Shown here in pieces: positions 10,695 through 23,549 of a stretch of DNA of 64,000 bases. How positions within the stretch are numbered: position 1 is the first letter of the stretch; every line of letters starts with the position of its first letter. This DNA is from Nemertoderma westbladi (taxonomy: Eukaryota > Animalia > Xenacoelomorpha). The stretch lies in assembly GCA_032718475.1 (NCBI GenBank), contig JAUCBJ010007152.1:9381-73380 (forward strand), given 5' to 3'. The position numbers and the translations under genes are program-made. The notes below the pieces were generated by a model, which had not been told where the DNA came from, ran no database searches, and saw only the letters and a program-made list of their open reading frames with translations.

Positions 10695-13538
10695 TTACAC
10701 AGATAGAAGTACTTCCCAACGGTCCCGTAAAGTCGAGGACGTACAAATATTAAAACAAACTGAAAGTAAATCGTTACTAGAAGACGCTACTCGCCTTGCG
10801 AGCGAGCCTGCCGCAACCCTACATATTGCTACAAAAGTATTAACTCGATTATTTACAAAAATTGTATCCGCGTCATCACAGCGACTATACTTAAAAAGTA
10901 ACCTGAACGCAGTATTGTAGGCTACACGGACCTTACGCAGTTCCTCAACTCTAAATATACTCCACAATGAAGTACAATAAAGACTGTAACAATAAGTTTT
11001 AAATAGCGCTCGTTTCACTGGCAATGAGCAACCGCCAAAGAAACGTGCTAACTGGTTACCACGGCGATAAAGAGAACGCTTAGCAACCATCATATCAGAC
11101 TCATCTGACAGTGAACTACTAAGTATGTGTCCTAGATAAGTAAGTTCTTTTACGCAAGGTATTATTTTACCACATAAATAAACATCCCCAGATCTACCTA
11201 GTTTACATGTGTGAAAATATAAACACTTAGATTTACCGGGGTTATACAGAATATCGTGATCGATACCATACTTTTCACAGATTCGTAATAGCACTCTCAG
11301 ACCCTGAATACTAGGGGCCAAGACACAAAGGTCGTCGGCGTAAAGTAAGTTATTTAACCTACTGGACCCAACTTTACATCCTACAGAAGCACGATTTAAT
11401 AATTTACTCAAATCATTAAGATAAATGTTGAACAAAAGAGGAGACAACAACGAGCCTTGTCGTACAGAGTTACCGACACGAAAACCAGCTGAGGTAGCAT
11501 TACCCCAGGTTACAGTTAGCACTTGGTTAGTGTACCAGTAGAATAAAATACGTACTATACACACGGGTACTTTGAGATTTAATAATTTCTGAAAAAGTTT
11601 GTAATAATTAACCCGATCGAACGCTTTAGAGGCGTCTAAGAATGCCACATAAACAGGCGAGTCACGGGAGATATATAAATGAACTGTTTCTTTAAGAACA
11701 TATATACAAGTCTCGGTACCCAGTCCTGGACTAAAACCAAATTGATTGTCGGTCAATTTCGTTTTTCCCTTAATTCTACCAAATATACAAGATTCAAACA
11801 CTTTAGCACAAATATTAGATATATTTATAGGCCTATAATTATCCTTATCAGACAAAGAGGCATTCTTATTCTTTACAATAGGAAACAAAGCACAAACCAT
11901 AAATGAACTAGGAAGATATCCATGCGTTAATAATGCATTAAACAATAACGATAAAATAACACAGAGCTTATCACCGGCATACATAAAATGTTCCGGACAG
12001 ACGCCATCGGGCCCGGCGGTCTTCCCGCCATTCAGCCCCTCAATAGCCGATTTTACTTCGCGAGGGGAAACATGAGTTTTCCCCTCACCATCCCAATTTT
12101 CAAAGGTTTTCTTTAGAGACGAGATATCTTTCTCGTTGACGTCAACTGAGTTAAAAATACGTTCATAATTACCACGAAACAGATCAGCAATATCCGCGTC
12201 AGAATGAGCGTCACCAACTGAAGACGCTCTAGGGATTCTAGAATTAGTTATTTTTTGGGTTTGACGCCAAAAGTCCTTATTAGAAGCGAGAAATGAATCG
12301 GCCAATTTATCATTCCGAATCTCCTTCTCTCGGGCTCTACAGTTACGTAGAGCCAATTTATATTGAGCTGACGTTTTCCTTTTTACTTCCCAAAGCAACC
12401 CCGTTTTAGGGTTTCCATTTTCCCGCCAAATACGGAAGGCCTCACGAGAGGCCTCACGTTTTTCTTTCACAGATTCATTCCAACCGGGGACCACTGGTTT
12501 GTTAGAGCCCCCCGTTTTAGAATCCGGAAAACATTCCGAACCAGAATTTTTCAAAATACGCATAACATTATCATGTAGCAACTGAAATTGTAACAAATGT
12601 GCCTCGTTGCAACAATGTACATCAGAACAAATAATTGCTTCGTGGGGCAATATAATATCAGAAAATAAAACATTAGTACGATCGGCATATGCACGTTTCA
12701 TGTTATTATCTACTTTGTCCCAGAAGGGGGCGCTATAATTCTTACGTGAGTCATTATTCAAATTATTAGTTCCATTACAAAAATTATCACACTGCGAAAA
12801 AATAAATTTGAATGAAATAGGCATATGATCAAAATCTGACACCTCATACAGTATCTTCATATCCAAAATTAACTTATGAAATTCGCAACTCGATATCACG
12901 TGGTCGAGCCAAGACACGGTACCGTGTACATGGCTCGTGTATGTGAACGAGTTACTAGGTAACAAATGAGAGTCAGAAATATACAGCTTTTCATTGTCGC
13001 AAAATTTCATAAGTTCCTTGCCAAAGCTTCGGCGCGGGTCAGCGTTAAAGTCTCCCAATATACAGTTACTAGTAAAAGTATTAAAATCAATGATCGAACC
13101 ACATTTACCCAATAATTCAGAGAAATGGTCCATATTATCGTCCGATTGGCACGGCATATAAACATTGAGAAAAAGGCTCTGTGGGCCATCCGGGGCGCCA
13201 ACCCGCAGACCCATAATACGCTCCACATTGAACTCCTGAAAATTAATATAAGGAGCCAATGGCTTGCGCCATAAAGCCGCCAAACCGCCATGTGGCCTAC
13301 CCACCCTCGGGCCGAGGGACAGGTCGACTGAGGAGACTCCCCTACCAAAAAAACTATCGTGGATAGAATTCAGTTTATGCAGATCTTGCTTTACCATCCA
13401 AGTTTCCTGTAAAAAAACAATATCATGACTGTCTAGCAACTTAGTAACGTGGGGCAGGTTATTATCAATGCCATTACAGTTAAATGTACATATACGGAGT
13501 GAACTAGATATGGGTTCCATCACGCTTTCTGGGACCAT
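10695..13538 (-). CDS. LINE ORF2: APE endonuclease plus reverse transcriptase, intact 947 aa
   Basis: TFNCNG, LQETW, GDFNA, LDH, SDFDH; YRPI, FLDASKAFD, RQGSLLSP, YADD, YLG; C-terminal LYRRGN..LFKTYC..LY..LW resembles the RTE-X clade. Confidence 0.95.
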   Translation of the reverse strand: MVPESVMEPISSSLRICTFNCNGIDNNLPHVTKLLDSHDIVFLQETWMVKQDLHKLNSIHDSFFGRGVSSVDLSLGPRVGRPHGGLAALWRKPLAPYINFQEFNVERIMGLRVGAPDGPQSLFLNVYMPCQSDDNMDHFSELLGKCGSIIDFNTFTSNCILGDFNADPRRSFGKELMKFCDNEKLYISDSHLLPSNSFTYTSHVHGTVSWLDHVISSCEFHKLILDMKILYEVSDFDHMPISFKFIFSQCDNFCNGTNNLNNDSRKNYSAPFWDKVDNNMKRAYADRTNVLFSDIILPHEAIICSDVHCCNEAHLLQFQLLHDNVMRILKNSGSECFPDSKTGGSNKPVVPGWNESVKEKREASREAFRIWRENGNPKTGLLWEVKRKTSAQYKLALRNCRAREKEIRNDKLADSFLASNKDFWRQTQKITNSRIPRASSVGDAHSDADIADLFRGNYERIFNSVDVNEKDISSLKKTFENWDGEGKTHVSPREVKSAIEGLNGGKTAGPDGVCPEHFMYAGDKLCVILSLLFNALLTHGYLPSSFMVCALFPIVKNKNASLSDKDNYRPINISNICAKVFESCIFGRIKGKTKLTDNQFGFSPGLGTETCIYVLKETVHLYISRDSPVYVAFLDASKAFDRVNYYKLFQKLLNLKVPVCIVRILFYWYTNQVLTVTWGNATSAGFRVGNSVRQGSLLSPLLFNIYLNDLSKLLNRASVGCKVGSSRLNNLLYADDLCVLAPSIQGLRVLLRICEKYGIDHDILYNPGKSKCLYFHTCKLGRSGDVYLCGKIIPCVKELTYLGHILSSSLSDESDMMVAKRSLYRRGNQLARFFGGCSLPVKRALFKTYCYSLYCTSLWSIFRVEELRKVRVAYNTAFRLLFKYSRCDDADTIFVNNRVNTFVAICRVAAGSLARRVASSSNDLLSVCFNICTSSTLRDRWEVLLSV

Positions 13539-14695
13539 AGAATGAGCCTGGGCCCCAATACTCGTACGGCTTTATCATGCTAAACCTAGGCCAAATGGCC
13601 GGGTTCGATAGCCGCTCATACACATCGTGGTCTCGAGTGGAGATGATGAACGAACTGTAGTCGTCAAACTTCTTCTTCGAGTTAGCAACAACCGACACCG
13701 TCTCAATATCGTGTTTGTTCTTCAGAAAGTCCACTATAGAATCCGATGTAGCCGTGGGCTGCAGTCGCGTTACGAACAGCTTCTTCAGAGCCGGCTGTTT
13801 CTCCACAGCCTGCAACTCAGCAAATTCTCCGGTTCCTGAAACCAGCGGCTTGCGCGATCGTCTCTTTCTGAGATATTGCGTAAAGCCATCTTTATCAGGA
13901 ACAGAATCCAACTCACCTAACCGCTCCGGCGGTCGGGGGGCTGCCGGAGGACCGGCTCCTCTCCCGCGACCCAAACCCGAAGAAGGAACATATCTCGGGT
14001 TAGACGCCGGGGGCGCACCGAGCCTCGAGGAAGCCCCGGGGGCGGATTGGGCGGAAGACAACGCGTCCCGGTAAGGCAACTCCATAATGGTGGGAGTAGG
14101 CCCGCGAGAGTCGTTAATAACACTGAACGAGGTAGTCGAGGAATCGATACCCTCCGAGAGACCCGCGCATGAACGCGAGTGATCCATGAAGCCTAAAGTA
14201 GGCGCAGGCCTAAGCAGAGCACGATCGCCGGATTCGACACAATGCTGGTTGCGCAATATCTCAAACTCGTTTCTCAGTTCCAGTACATCGCCTTGCCGTG
14301 CAGTACTACCGATATTTGTCGTGTTCCTAGCAACTTCCACCCGTAAGTCGGACAGAATAGATCGTAAGTCCCTCAGGTCATCAGATTGAACCATTGCCTC
14401 TACCGCTTTACGGTCAGTAGGAGGTAGGCGGCAGGGATTTAAAGCGAAGAAGGTAGGTCTCGCTGGAGCGTCTACAAAGGCGTTCTCGTTAAATACCATA
14501 TAGATATCGGAGGCATGGCTAATTTTCTTTTTATTCCCCATGCGACCGACCCAAGCAGGAAGAGGTCTTCCGGAAACCGCACATTTCGTTGTTTCGTGAA
14601 AGAGCAGCCGTTTAGCCTCTACAACCTCTTCCAAGGAGTAGAAACTGTTGACAATAGACAAAAGGGACTGTTTAAAACTGTTCAAAAGGGACCTA
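13504..14695 (-). CDS. LINE ORF1 (N-terminus probably truncated)
   Basis: FYSLEEVVEAKRLLF, coiled-coil segment, RRM-like LFVTRL...YSSF...PAIWP; overlaps the ORF2 start by 35 bp. Confidence 0.85.
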
Positions 14696-17661
14696 TAGAA
14701 CAATCGAGAATTTTCTCGATTGATTGCAGCACAAATTTGCTATAAAAGGGTGCGATTTGTTCATTAGTTATTATTCTCTCAGTTATTCAGTTATCTGATA
14801 TTTGTTTATTCTGTCATTAGTTTTCAGATTACATTGTATTATAATTATATCTTCTGTAATAAAGTCAGAATTATCGCTAATCTGCTTTTCCTATCTGTTT
14901 TACCATGGATTCACTACGGTGAACAAACTTAGGGACAGGATGGCCGGCTAGAGATCGGGCCGCAGCAATGAACGGGAACATCGGAGGAATGTAGACGAGA
15001 GACAACCCGCAATACCATCTAGAGTTATTCGCCCATCGCCTGAAAGGTTAGACAGCGTTCGATCCTTGCTACCTAAGTGTAAGACCAAAAGATCAAAAGG
15101 TAGACGTAGTGACACGCTGTAAGCCTAAAATTACATCATAGGGACTGTACTGTCTTGATTCAGAAAAAACCGCAGTAGACCTTCATATTCCTACGGGGGG
15201 AGGGAGAGAGCGCAGGCAGATACTAGTACGCAGATAGGACGTAGGCACACCGGTACAAGGCATACACATTGGTTAGGGTGCAGCAAACTGTACGCTTAAC
15301 TCTTGCTAAGTACAGGTGCGTCTGTGACTATTTGCCGTACAACGGTGTCCATTGCATTAGAACTTGTAGGCTAGGGGGGTTGCTGTGTTTTCACCTGAAT
15401 TGGGATTGTACCGTTCAGGCGGTAGGGCAGTTTACTGGTTTACACTAGGCGCAAATAAATTGAGGCTATCAGGGATATACTAACATCTACCGTGTCCCCG
15501 CCAACGCCCTAATAGGAAGTTACCCGGACTACCTGGGTGACTAAAATTCTAGATAGGAGCCAGGATAGCTATTAGTACCTGTACGCCTACAGTAGTAAAC
15601 TAACACATCTCTTCTTAGTATCAGGGACCTGGTACCTAAAATTGCCGAATTCTGGGCGTAGTATTAACCTTATGCCTGAATTTGAGTCCTGGAAATACGC
15701 AAGAGGGGAAGGAACCTTATCATTCGTGAGTATTAGACCTACAAGTTACAAAATTAGAATATTCGTAAAATGCACACCGTACCCAGTAATTATATATGTG
15801 AAGGAGCAAAACTGTTTTTGACCGTTCAGAATTAACACACGCGCGTTAGAAATTATTTACACCTCAAAATATATAAAATTAACTTTCGTCCTTACTGCAC
15901 TTTGCCCGCTAGTTAGACATCTCCAAATATCTGCCTCTGTACCTAGCTAGCGTCCCTTTTGCCCAACCATATAAATCACACCGCGGCAAAGTATACGAGC
16001 CCCTTAGTCCGTCAGTGAGTCAGCCTGATTTTAGGATTCGCTGCGCGGGATTTTTGTTTTATCGAAGTTTGTCTGCTCGTAGACTGTTTTCTGCCTCACC
16101 GGTTATAAGAGATCGATACTGCAATATATTCGCTTACTTAGAGTTTACTGTTTTGGTGAGAAGGTCGGATTTATGATTTGATTCACAAACTTTACAGTAG
16201 GATATTGCAGGTATTGTTACTGTCTCTTCGAATACCTTATTAGTGAACGTTGTAAAAATAAAAAAATATGATATGGGCCAAATAGCCTACTGTGTGGTAT
16301 GAATTTTAAGAGCATGGGTACTATTAACACGTTTTAAACGATATAAAAAAAACTGGCCTTGATGCTACAGCACTACTTTTAAAAATCCCTCCATTTGTTT
16401 CTATCCTATAATTACAGTCAGCTATGGTGATGGGTTTTTTATGATATTTGTAAGATGTGTATTTTAAATTTGAAAGGTTTTTATACTTTAACCCTCCCCC
16501 GGTAACATGGGGTAAAATAATACCCAAAGGGGATAAATTTTGATATTTTTCGACAATCTCTCATCTTATGTATGTCCAACTTCATAGTATCTTCCAAAAA
16601 AATTGTAATCTAACGATTGTGTGGGTCAAACCCATAAAATTTTGTTTATGAAAAATGTTATGGCCCCTTAATTTGAAAACAACTTAGTTAGGTAAGATGG
16701 GGTATAAAAATACCCCCTTTTTCAGTTTGTTGCTGTATTTAATAACGTTATGGTGCTCGTTTAGTGGTGCTTTGTGGCTCATTTTGGTTTCATTGGAACA
16801 ACAACGGTCGATTTAGTTGTACTAGACAGCTAGAGGCATGTTTTAACTTTGTCTTTTAAGACCAAATTATCAGTATTATGAAGCTACCGTACTGTATTGT
16901 GTATGGCCTGTATTTCACAATCCAAGACTTCGGCCTAATCGCGATGCGATAGATTGCTAAGTATATGTGAATAACTCTTATTGTAGGCTTTCTTAGTGGT
17001 GTTCTGGCCTTTTGGGTCTCATTTTGGGTTAATTGTAGGCCTACAGTTGTACAGTAGCGCGTTGTACCACCCTTGCATTGTGAGTGGGGAATTACAGTAG
17101 AAAAAATTTAGTCAAACATGCAGTTAGATCAAGGCATTCATTACTTACATAAGGCGTTGTAAATTGAGCTATATCATTCGTGAGTTTTCATTTACAATAG
17201 CAATAACTTGCCTTCTATATATAAACTTTATAGACTTATTAGAGAGAGCTAGCGTCGTTGTTCGCACTTATGGTGTACCGCTGGCCCTGCGGTTAATAGC
17301 GCGTTGTACCACCCTTTCATTGCGAGTGGGGAATTAGAAACAATTTAGTTGCAGATAGATGCAGTTAGATCACGGCATTCATTTATTACATAGGGCGTTA
17401 AGCCTTGGCATACTATAGGGCTTCTAAAGGGGACATATGTAATGTACTGTATAACGAATATTTGTTTATACAGTATCTTATTCGCACAACTTACAGACGA
17501 TAGGCCTATTGTTCCCACAACTTACAATCTTATCTACAAATATACATTCAATTAAAAGTATATAATCATAATATATATTATGATACATAATATATTATCT
17601 GGATATAATCAAACTATCTTAATTCAATTTAGGCCTACAGTTATCAATATATCCCACAATA

Positions 17662-18830
17662 ATGAACTTAAGTGACAAATGCAGCATTTGTCAGTATTCA
17701 ATGATCCGGAAACACACTGTGAGGTTACTTCCATGTCGGCACTTACTTCACGAAACATGTAGTATTCCGATCATAGGAGCAAACTCACCAACTTGCCGGA
17801 ATTGCCGCGCAGAAGTAGTAGAATCGGCCCTGGTTAATAGAACAACCTCCCTTAACTAAATAATACCGATAGGGATCGTCAGTTGATTGTTGAATCAGGA
17901 AACCGAGGTGAAGAGTGGAATGCATTAGCCAATACCCTTGGCGTCAATTATAAAACCGTGTATCAATGGATTCGATCGGAAAAAAGGAAACCCAAAGGGG
18001 GTTAATAGAATTAATTAGTAATGTTGTTCTGGAACACAAGATAAGCTGGCTTGAGGAAAATCCATGCATAACACTTCGAATGATTAAATCCAGGCTGATG
18101 GTGAGTCACAATATAAACGTTTGTCTGTCAACCATATCGAATGCCCTGGATGGTTTGTCTTTTATGAAATCGTTACACCACCAGCCAATTAGCATGAACA
18201 ACGACATCAATAAACAAAAACGACGTGAATATGTTCAAGTTATCAACGAATACATTCGCCAGGGGCGTCAAGTCATGTGGCTGGACGAGACAAATTTTAA
18301 CTTGTTTTTACTTCGGAGAAACGGCTGTTCAAGAGTAGGAAATAGAGCTATTCTTACTTTAACAGCCACACGTTGTCCAAACATTCATCTTATTGGTGCT
18401 ATAACAATGAACAGTGTGGTTAAGATGGATACAGGGGGGGGGGGGGGGGGGGGTGGGTCTTTTCCGTGGGAAACTGCGAATGAATGGGTTCAAGGTGCTC
18501 TGGGTCAATGGGTAGATGGATGGTTCGCTTCAAACGAACTTGTTGTCGTCGCCAACAACGCGCCTTGCCACAATCGTCTACTGTTAGTTTTTGCCGAAAG
18601 TCAAGCTGTATTCGTAAAACTCGGTCCATATAGCCCAATGTTACCCATCGAAACTACGATTTGGTGTAAGATTAAATCGTACGTTATATCAGCAATAACT
18701 GTCCCCGAAGTTAGCGGAGTTGGTTTAGGAGAAAAGCGATTGCAATATCTTGAACAGTTAATCGATATTTCCAGGGCCACTGTTACAGTCGGAGACTGCT
18801 CAAGGGCAGCGCATGCAGTACGGCGATATA
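17662..18830 (+). pseudogene. IS630/Tc1-like DD(34)E transposase with N-terminal RING-H2 finger, degenerate
   Basis: RING CSIC..LPCRHLLHETC..CRNC. An HTH (DRQLIVE..LANTLGVNYKTVYQW) lies in an uncalled frame 17860-17990. Catalytic WLDETNF, (D>N)NAPCH, PYSPMLPIE. Confidence 0.8.
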
Positions 18831-18927
18831 CAGATATAGACGGTACTCCTATAGCAATACAGCCTATTTTCTATTCGCTCTCCTGGCATTTAACAGTTTA
18901 ATCATCAATACTAGTCTACAATACAGA

Positions 18928-21900
18928 ATGGCTGCAGCAGCAGCCCCAGCCAGAGGTACCCGATTTACAAATGTCTGTAAAGCATTTAATTCAGATACAG
19001 ACTGGTGGGAAACATACACAATTATGTTCAATACCAAACTATGTACTACAGATTAGAACCATCCAGATGGTACACAAATGGACAATGATGCCATTCTACA
19101 AGCAAAAACGGACATGTTTATTGCTAATTGCAGTTTGCAAACTATTGATTTGCTGAATGATCTGATGTACCCATCAGATATCACCAAGGAACCATTCGAC
19201 AGTTTAGAACGAACACTGAAGCAATATTTTCTAAAAGGAAAATCAAAACAGATAGAAAGGCGACGATTCAACCAATGTGTACAGAGTCCTGAAGAATCAA
19301 TCACTGACTACGCCAAACGGTTGCGGAATATTGCACGCAACTGTCAGTTTGGAGATTCTCTAGATGGGCGACTGAGTGAGCAACTGGCTGCTGGAGTTCT
19401 TAATGAAAATCTCGCAACCGAACTCATTCACAAAGATGATCCCACTTTTCCAGAGGCACTACTAACTGCTGTCAATTATGAAGAAGCGTACAAAATTGCA
19501 CAAAGTCGCAAAGTAACTTCAAAAGTCGATGTGGGACACATTACAACACAACCATTTGGTGGAAAGAAATTTAATTACGGGAAGAAAAATAATCCTCGAT
19601 GGAAATCCTACAGGATATACACCCAATCACAACCAGTTTACACAAGCTACAGGTGTTACATGTCATCGATATAGTAAATCAGGACACAAAGTTCCACAAT
19701 GTAGACTTCCATCCCATGTTGAGTGTTGTTTCTGCCATTTACGAGGTCATACCGTGTCTGCATGTATAAGGAAACAAAAAGGCTCATTTACACATACTGA
19801 ATCAATGGTGACAGCAAAGACAACTGGTAGATCTAATAGAGGCAACACCAATGCTGTTTCGGTTCAAAATGATGAATATGATGATATATTCCTGAGCCAT
19901 ACGGAGTTTGAAGACCAGACTACAGATGAATCTATAGCTAACGATCCTGTTACATTACCAAAGGTAAAACCTATTATACTACATATTAATGTACAACAGC
20001 AGTTATTAGAAATGCAATATGATCAACGAATCACAGCATCATATCATTTGAGACATATATGCTTAAATTCTCTGACATTAAATTACATACATGTACAGCT
20101 AAATTATGTGGTTACTTCCATGGAAGCACTGAAATAGAAGGTGTTATATATGTCGATATTCAAGGCCATATTCATAAGACGTTCATATTCAAGTACCAGA
20201 TTACAGAAAGATTATTGGCTTACCTCTTATCGTAACAAAAAATGATACCTCCAGATCAATGCCATTATTCGGTTTATATTGGTTACAACGATTTCAATTA
20301 ATTGGTGGTAATACAGATGACTTATTACAAAAAACACAGATCGAAAGTTCTGATATCTATATCGATATTGTGTCTACAATATCGATATAGATATCAGAAC
20401 TTTACGATGGAAAACAAACTTCAAAGTTGGCTAAGAGAGTACAAAGACGTGCTAACTGGTGTTAGCTGCTATAAGGGTGAAATTACAAAAATTCGCCTGA
20501 AAAACAACAATGTAAAACCAGTTTTCTACTGGTTCGTATAACCCCTGCAGCATATAAAGATAAAGTACAGGAACAACTAATGAAAGACATTGAAGAAGGG
20601 CGCCTAGCGTATCCAGACCCCACTGAAACTATTGAATGGGCTACACCCTTGGTCATTGTCCCTAAACCAGATGGGAGAGTTAGAATTTGCGGTGATTACA
20701 AAAGCACAGTCAACCCTTATCTTATTGGCGACCAATTTCCACTAATGAATATTGAGTAAATGTCTACGTTATTACAAGGAAATAAAATATTTACAAAACT
20801 TGATTTAGCAGCAGCTTACAATCAACTTCCAATTGATGATGAAAGCCAAATCCTACTTATTCTGGCTACACCATTAGGTTTGTTAAAACCTACCCATATG
20901 CCTTATGGCATTACACCTGCCGCTGCTAAATGTCTAAAAGTTGCTCATAAAACATTTCATAAACATATCACTGTAGCATATATGGATGAATTCCTTATAG
21001 CTTCAAAGAATACTGCAGAGCACCTACAAACACTACAACAAGTATTTCAATCTCTACGCGAAGCAGGTCTTACAGTGGCTCTTAAGAAATGCTCTTTCTT
21101 CAAAGAAGAATTAGAGTTTTGTGGACATATCATTAGCAGCAAAGAATTCTCAGCTGATCCTAAAAAAGTTGCTGCTATAATGAATCTTTGGGCACCTTCA
21201 ACACATATAGAACTACAAAGTGTTATGGGTACCATGAACTACTTACACAGATATGTTCATCGCTACGCAGAATTATCTAAACCTTTATATGATATTTTCA
21301 AACAAGAGGGGCCTATTCAATGGACGAAAGAGCTACATTTAACATATAATAAACTTAAAGAAAGCATAGCTCAATCCACCTTATTACATCATTTCAAACC
21401 AGAATATACAACTGAAGTAATCACAGATGCATCTGAAGAAACAGTTTCAGCAATTCTAGGGCAACGAAAAAATTCTAATGAATTCCAGCCAATTGCATTT
21501 GCATCTGCAAACCTAGAAAACCATCAGAAACGATACTCACAACTTGACCGTGAAGCCTTAGGAATTATGTTCGGCGTTCGACGATTTCAACATTATGTCA
21601 TAGGATGGAAATTCAAATTAATAACGGACAACCGTCCATTGAAACGCATATTACACCCTCAGAAATCATTACCCACTACAATGATATCGAGACTTCAACA
21701 TTGGGCAGTAGAATTGGCAGCTTACGATTATACTGTTGTTAGCATACAGTCTGAAGATAACATTGCTGATTCACTATCACGGTTAACCCCAAACACCAGT
21801 GAAAAAGTTGAAGACAACGATATAACAATTCGTTTTATTGATATTGTGCAAAGTCAAGCTCTAAATGATTGCACAATAATTAATAGACATACATTGCAAG

Positions 21901-23549
21901 AAGAAACCACGAAAGATGAAACACTCTATTACTTGAGATGTTTACTAGAATATGGTGAAACTATAAAAAATAGTTCTGTTACGAGGCTATAAAGCCATTG
22001 AGAATTAATTATCTGGGAAAGATAACATTATATTTCGAGGAAATTCAATTATTATACCAGAAAGTATACGAAATGTTGTTTTACAAGAATTACACTTATC
22101 ACACATTGGAGAGAAAGGGATGTATAGCAACGCAATGGAAGTTTGTTGGTGACCCACAATGAAGGAAGATATAAAGTTGTATACATCAGCCTGTGAAGCA
22201 TGCCAAGCATTTCGCAATTTGACACCTCAAATATACAAACCATTACCGGAACCAACTAGTCCATTTGAGAGAGTACACATTGACCTAGCTGATTACAAAC
22301 ATGATATCTTGTTGGGTGTCATTGATGTATACTCAAAATGGAAAGATGCGCGCTTATTACTGAAAAGGGGTTCCACCCAAATTATATCTGAATTGCGCAA
22401 TATATTTGCTATAATTGGCATCCCGTGCATAATATTCAGTGACAATGGGCCACAATTTGTATCCAATGAGATTGAAGATTTCTTTAGTAATAACGGAATA
22501 ACTCATTGGACCTCAGCACCTTACAACCCTACTTTCAATGGAGCAGCCGAATGTGCTGTTAAAGCCTTCAATAAATCATTGTCGCAAGCAAATCAAGCGC
22601 AAGGAATAGATTCTGAATTCACTATCAGAGACCATATTAGCTTCTTTCTGATGCAGGATCGTAATTCTCCTTATTCCAAAATTGAGTCAACACCAAACGA
22701 AGTGTTATTTCGACACAAAGTTAAAACATGATTCGATCAAAAATTAAATTACCCAATACACAGTTCAGACAAAAATATAAATGGGAAATTCATGATCAAT
22801 GAAGCTGTTCGGATTAACAACTACCATAGACATGGGAGAGGCTAAGTCTTATCGAAATGGATTCCAGGGAAAGTCATTGCTTCTGAAGGTTCTTGCATAT
22901 ATAAGATACAAGTGGGAGACATTATAGTTCGTAGAAACGTAAATCAAATGCGTAGACAAGATAACCCCTGGGCGAAATATGAAGAAAGTATACCAAAAGG
23001 AGAGTCATACAGGGAAGATATTACTAATGAGATACAAGACATCGTTTCACCACCAAGATTACTATCTAAAGATACTAGCGAGAATGGTAGTAAACCAATA
23101 TCTGGAAACGATATGTCAATGACTAGAGATAAACAAAGTACACCTCAACGACAGACTCAAATGCCTATTTGAGGCATCCAAAACTCTTATTAAGGTGAAA
23201 GCATTCATACCCCAACTACACCTCAGGCGAATGTTTCAAATCCTCAAACAAAAACTCTAAGGAGCGGGAAACAATACATTGTCAAATAGACTAAATACAA
23301 ACTACAAACTGAGTTCAAGATTGTTCGTGAGGGGGTGATATTAGGGTTCACATATAACTCTAGCATCTAAGAACTGTCAGTACATATATTATGTAACCCA
23401 TTAACTACTGACTGCCTGAATGTACTGTTATACTGTATGTATATGTATACCAGTAACGAGTATGTCACTTTGCAGTTGATTGCTTACAATGTACTAGACT
23501 CATACATTCATAGACATGAACCTCCATGCTATCTTTTATACGCTTAACA
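18928..23549 (+). mobile_element. Degenerate Ty3/Gypsy LTR retrotransposon; 5' LTR not found
   Basis: Gag (Q..EESITDYAKRL, CCHC knuckles), RT (WATPLV, RICGDYK, KLDL..AY, MPYG), RNase H (TDAS, YSQLDREAL, TDNRPL), integrase (RVHID, SDNGPQF, NGAAE); many stops and frameshifts. PPT gaggggg then TGATA at 23336 starts a probable 3' LTR. Confidence 0.9.

Larger units (their letters stand above)
10384..14695 (-). mobile_element. RTE-X-like non-LTR retrotransposon (LINE), slightly 5'-truncated
   Basis: ORF1 plus ORF2 on the minus strand; (TAAA)n tail at 10385-10405; candidate TSD TAGAAC at 10378-10383 and 14696-14701. Confidence 0.9.
1..14905 (+). mobile_element. BEL/Pao LTR retrotransposon (5' part outside window; probable 3' LTR interrupted by a LINE)
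   Basis: Gag-PR-RT-RH-IN polyprotein with BEL hallmarks, a downstream accessory ORF, then an LTR-like segment. The right boundary is inferred. Confidence 0.8.
10022..14905 (+). repeat. Probable LTR (about 570 bp once the LINE at 10384-14695 is removed)
   Basis: Purine tract ggagcgg then TATAGAA (degenerate TG start); several CCAAT boxes 10293-10357; TATAAAAGG at 14741; AATAAA at 14858; ends ...ACCA followed by TGG. No second LTR in the window to confirm. Confidence 0.5.

Noticed and set aside
18434-18453. Poly-Gly tract in the transposase and other G/C homopolymers (26319, 26666, 52494, 54102)
   Set aside because: Homopolymer expansions or sequencing noise in decayed elements
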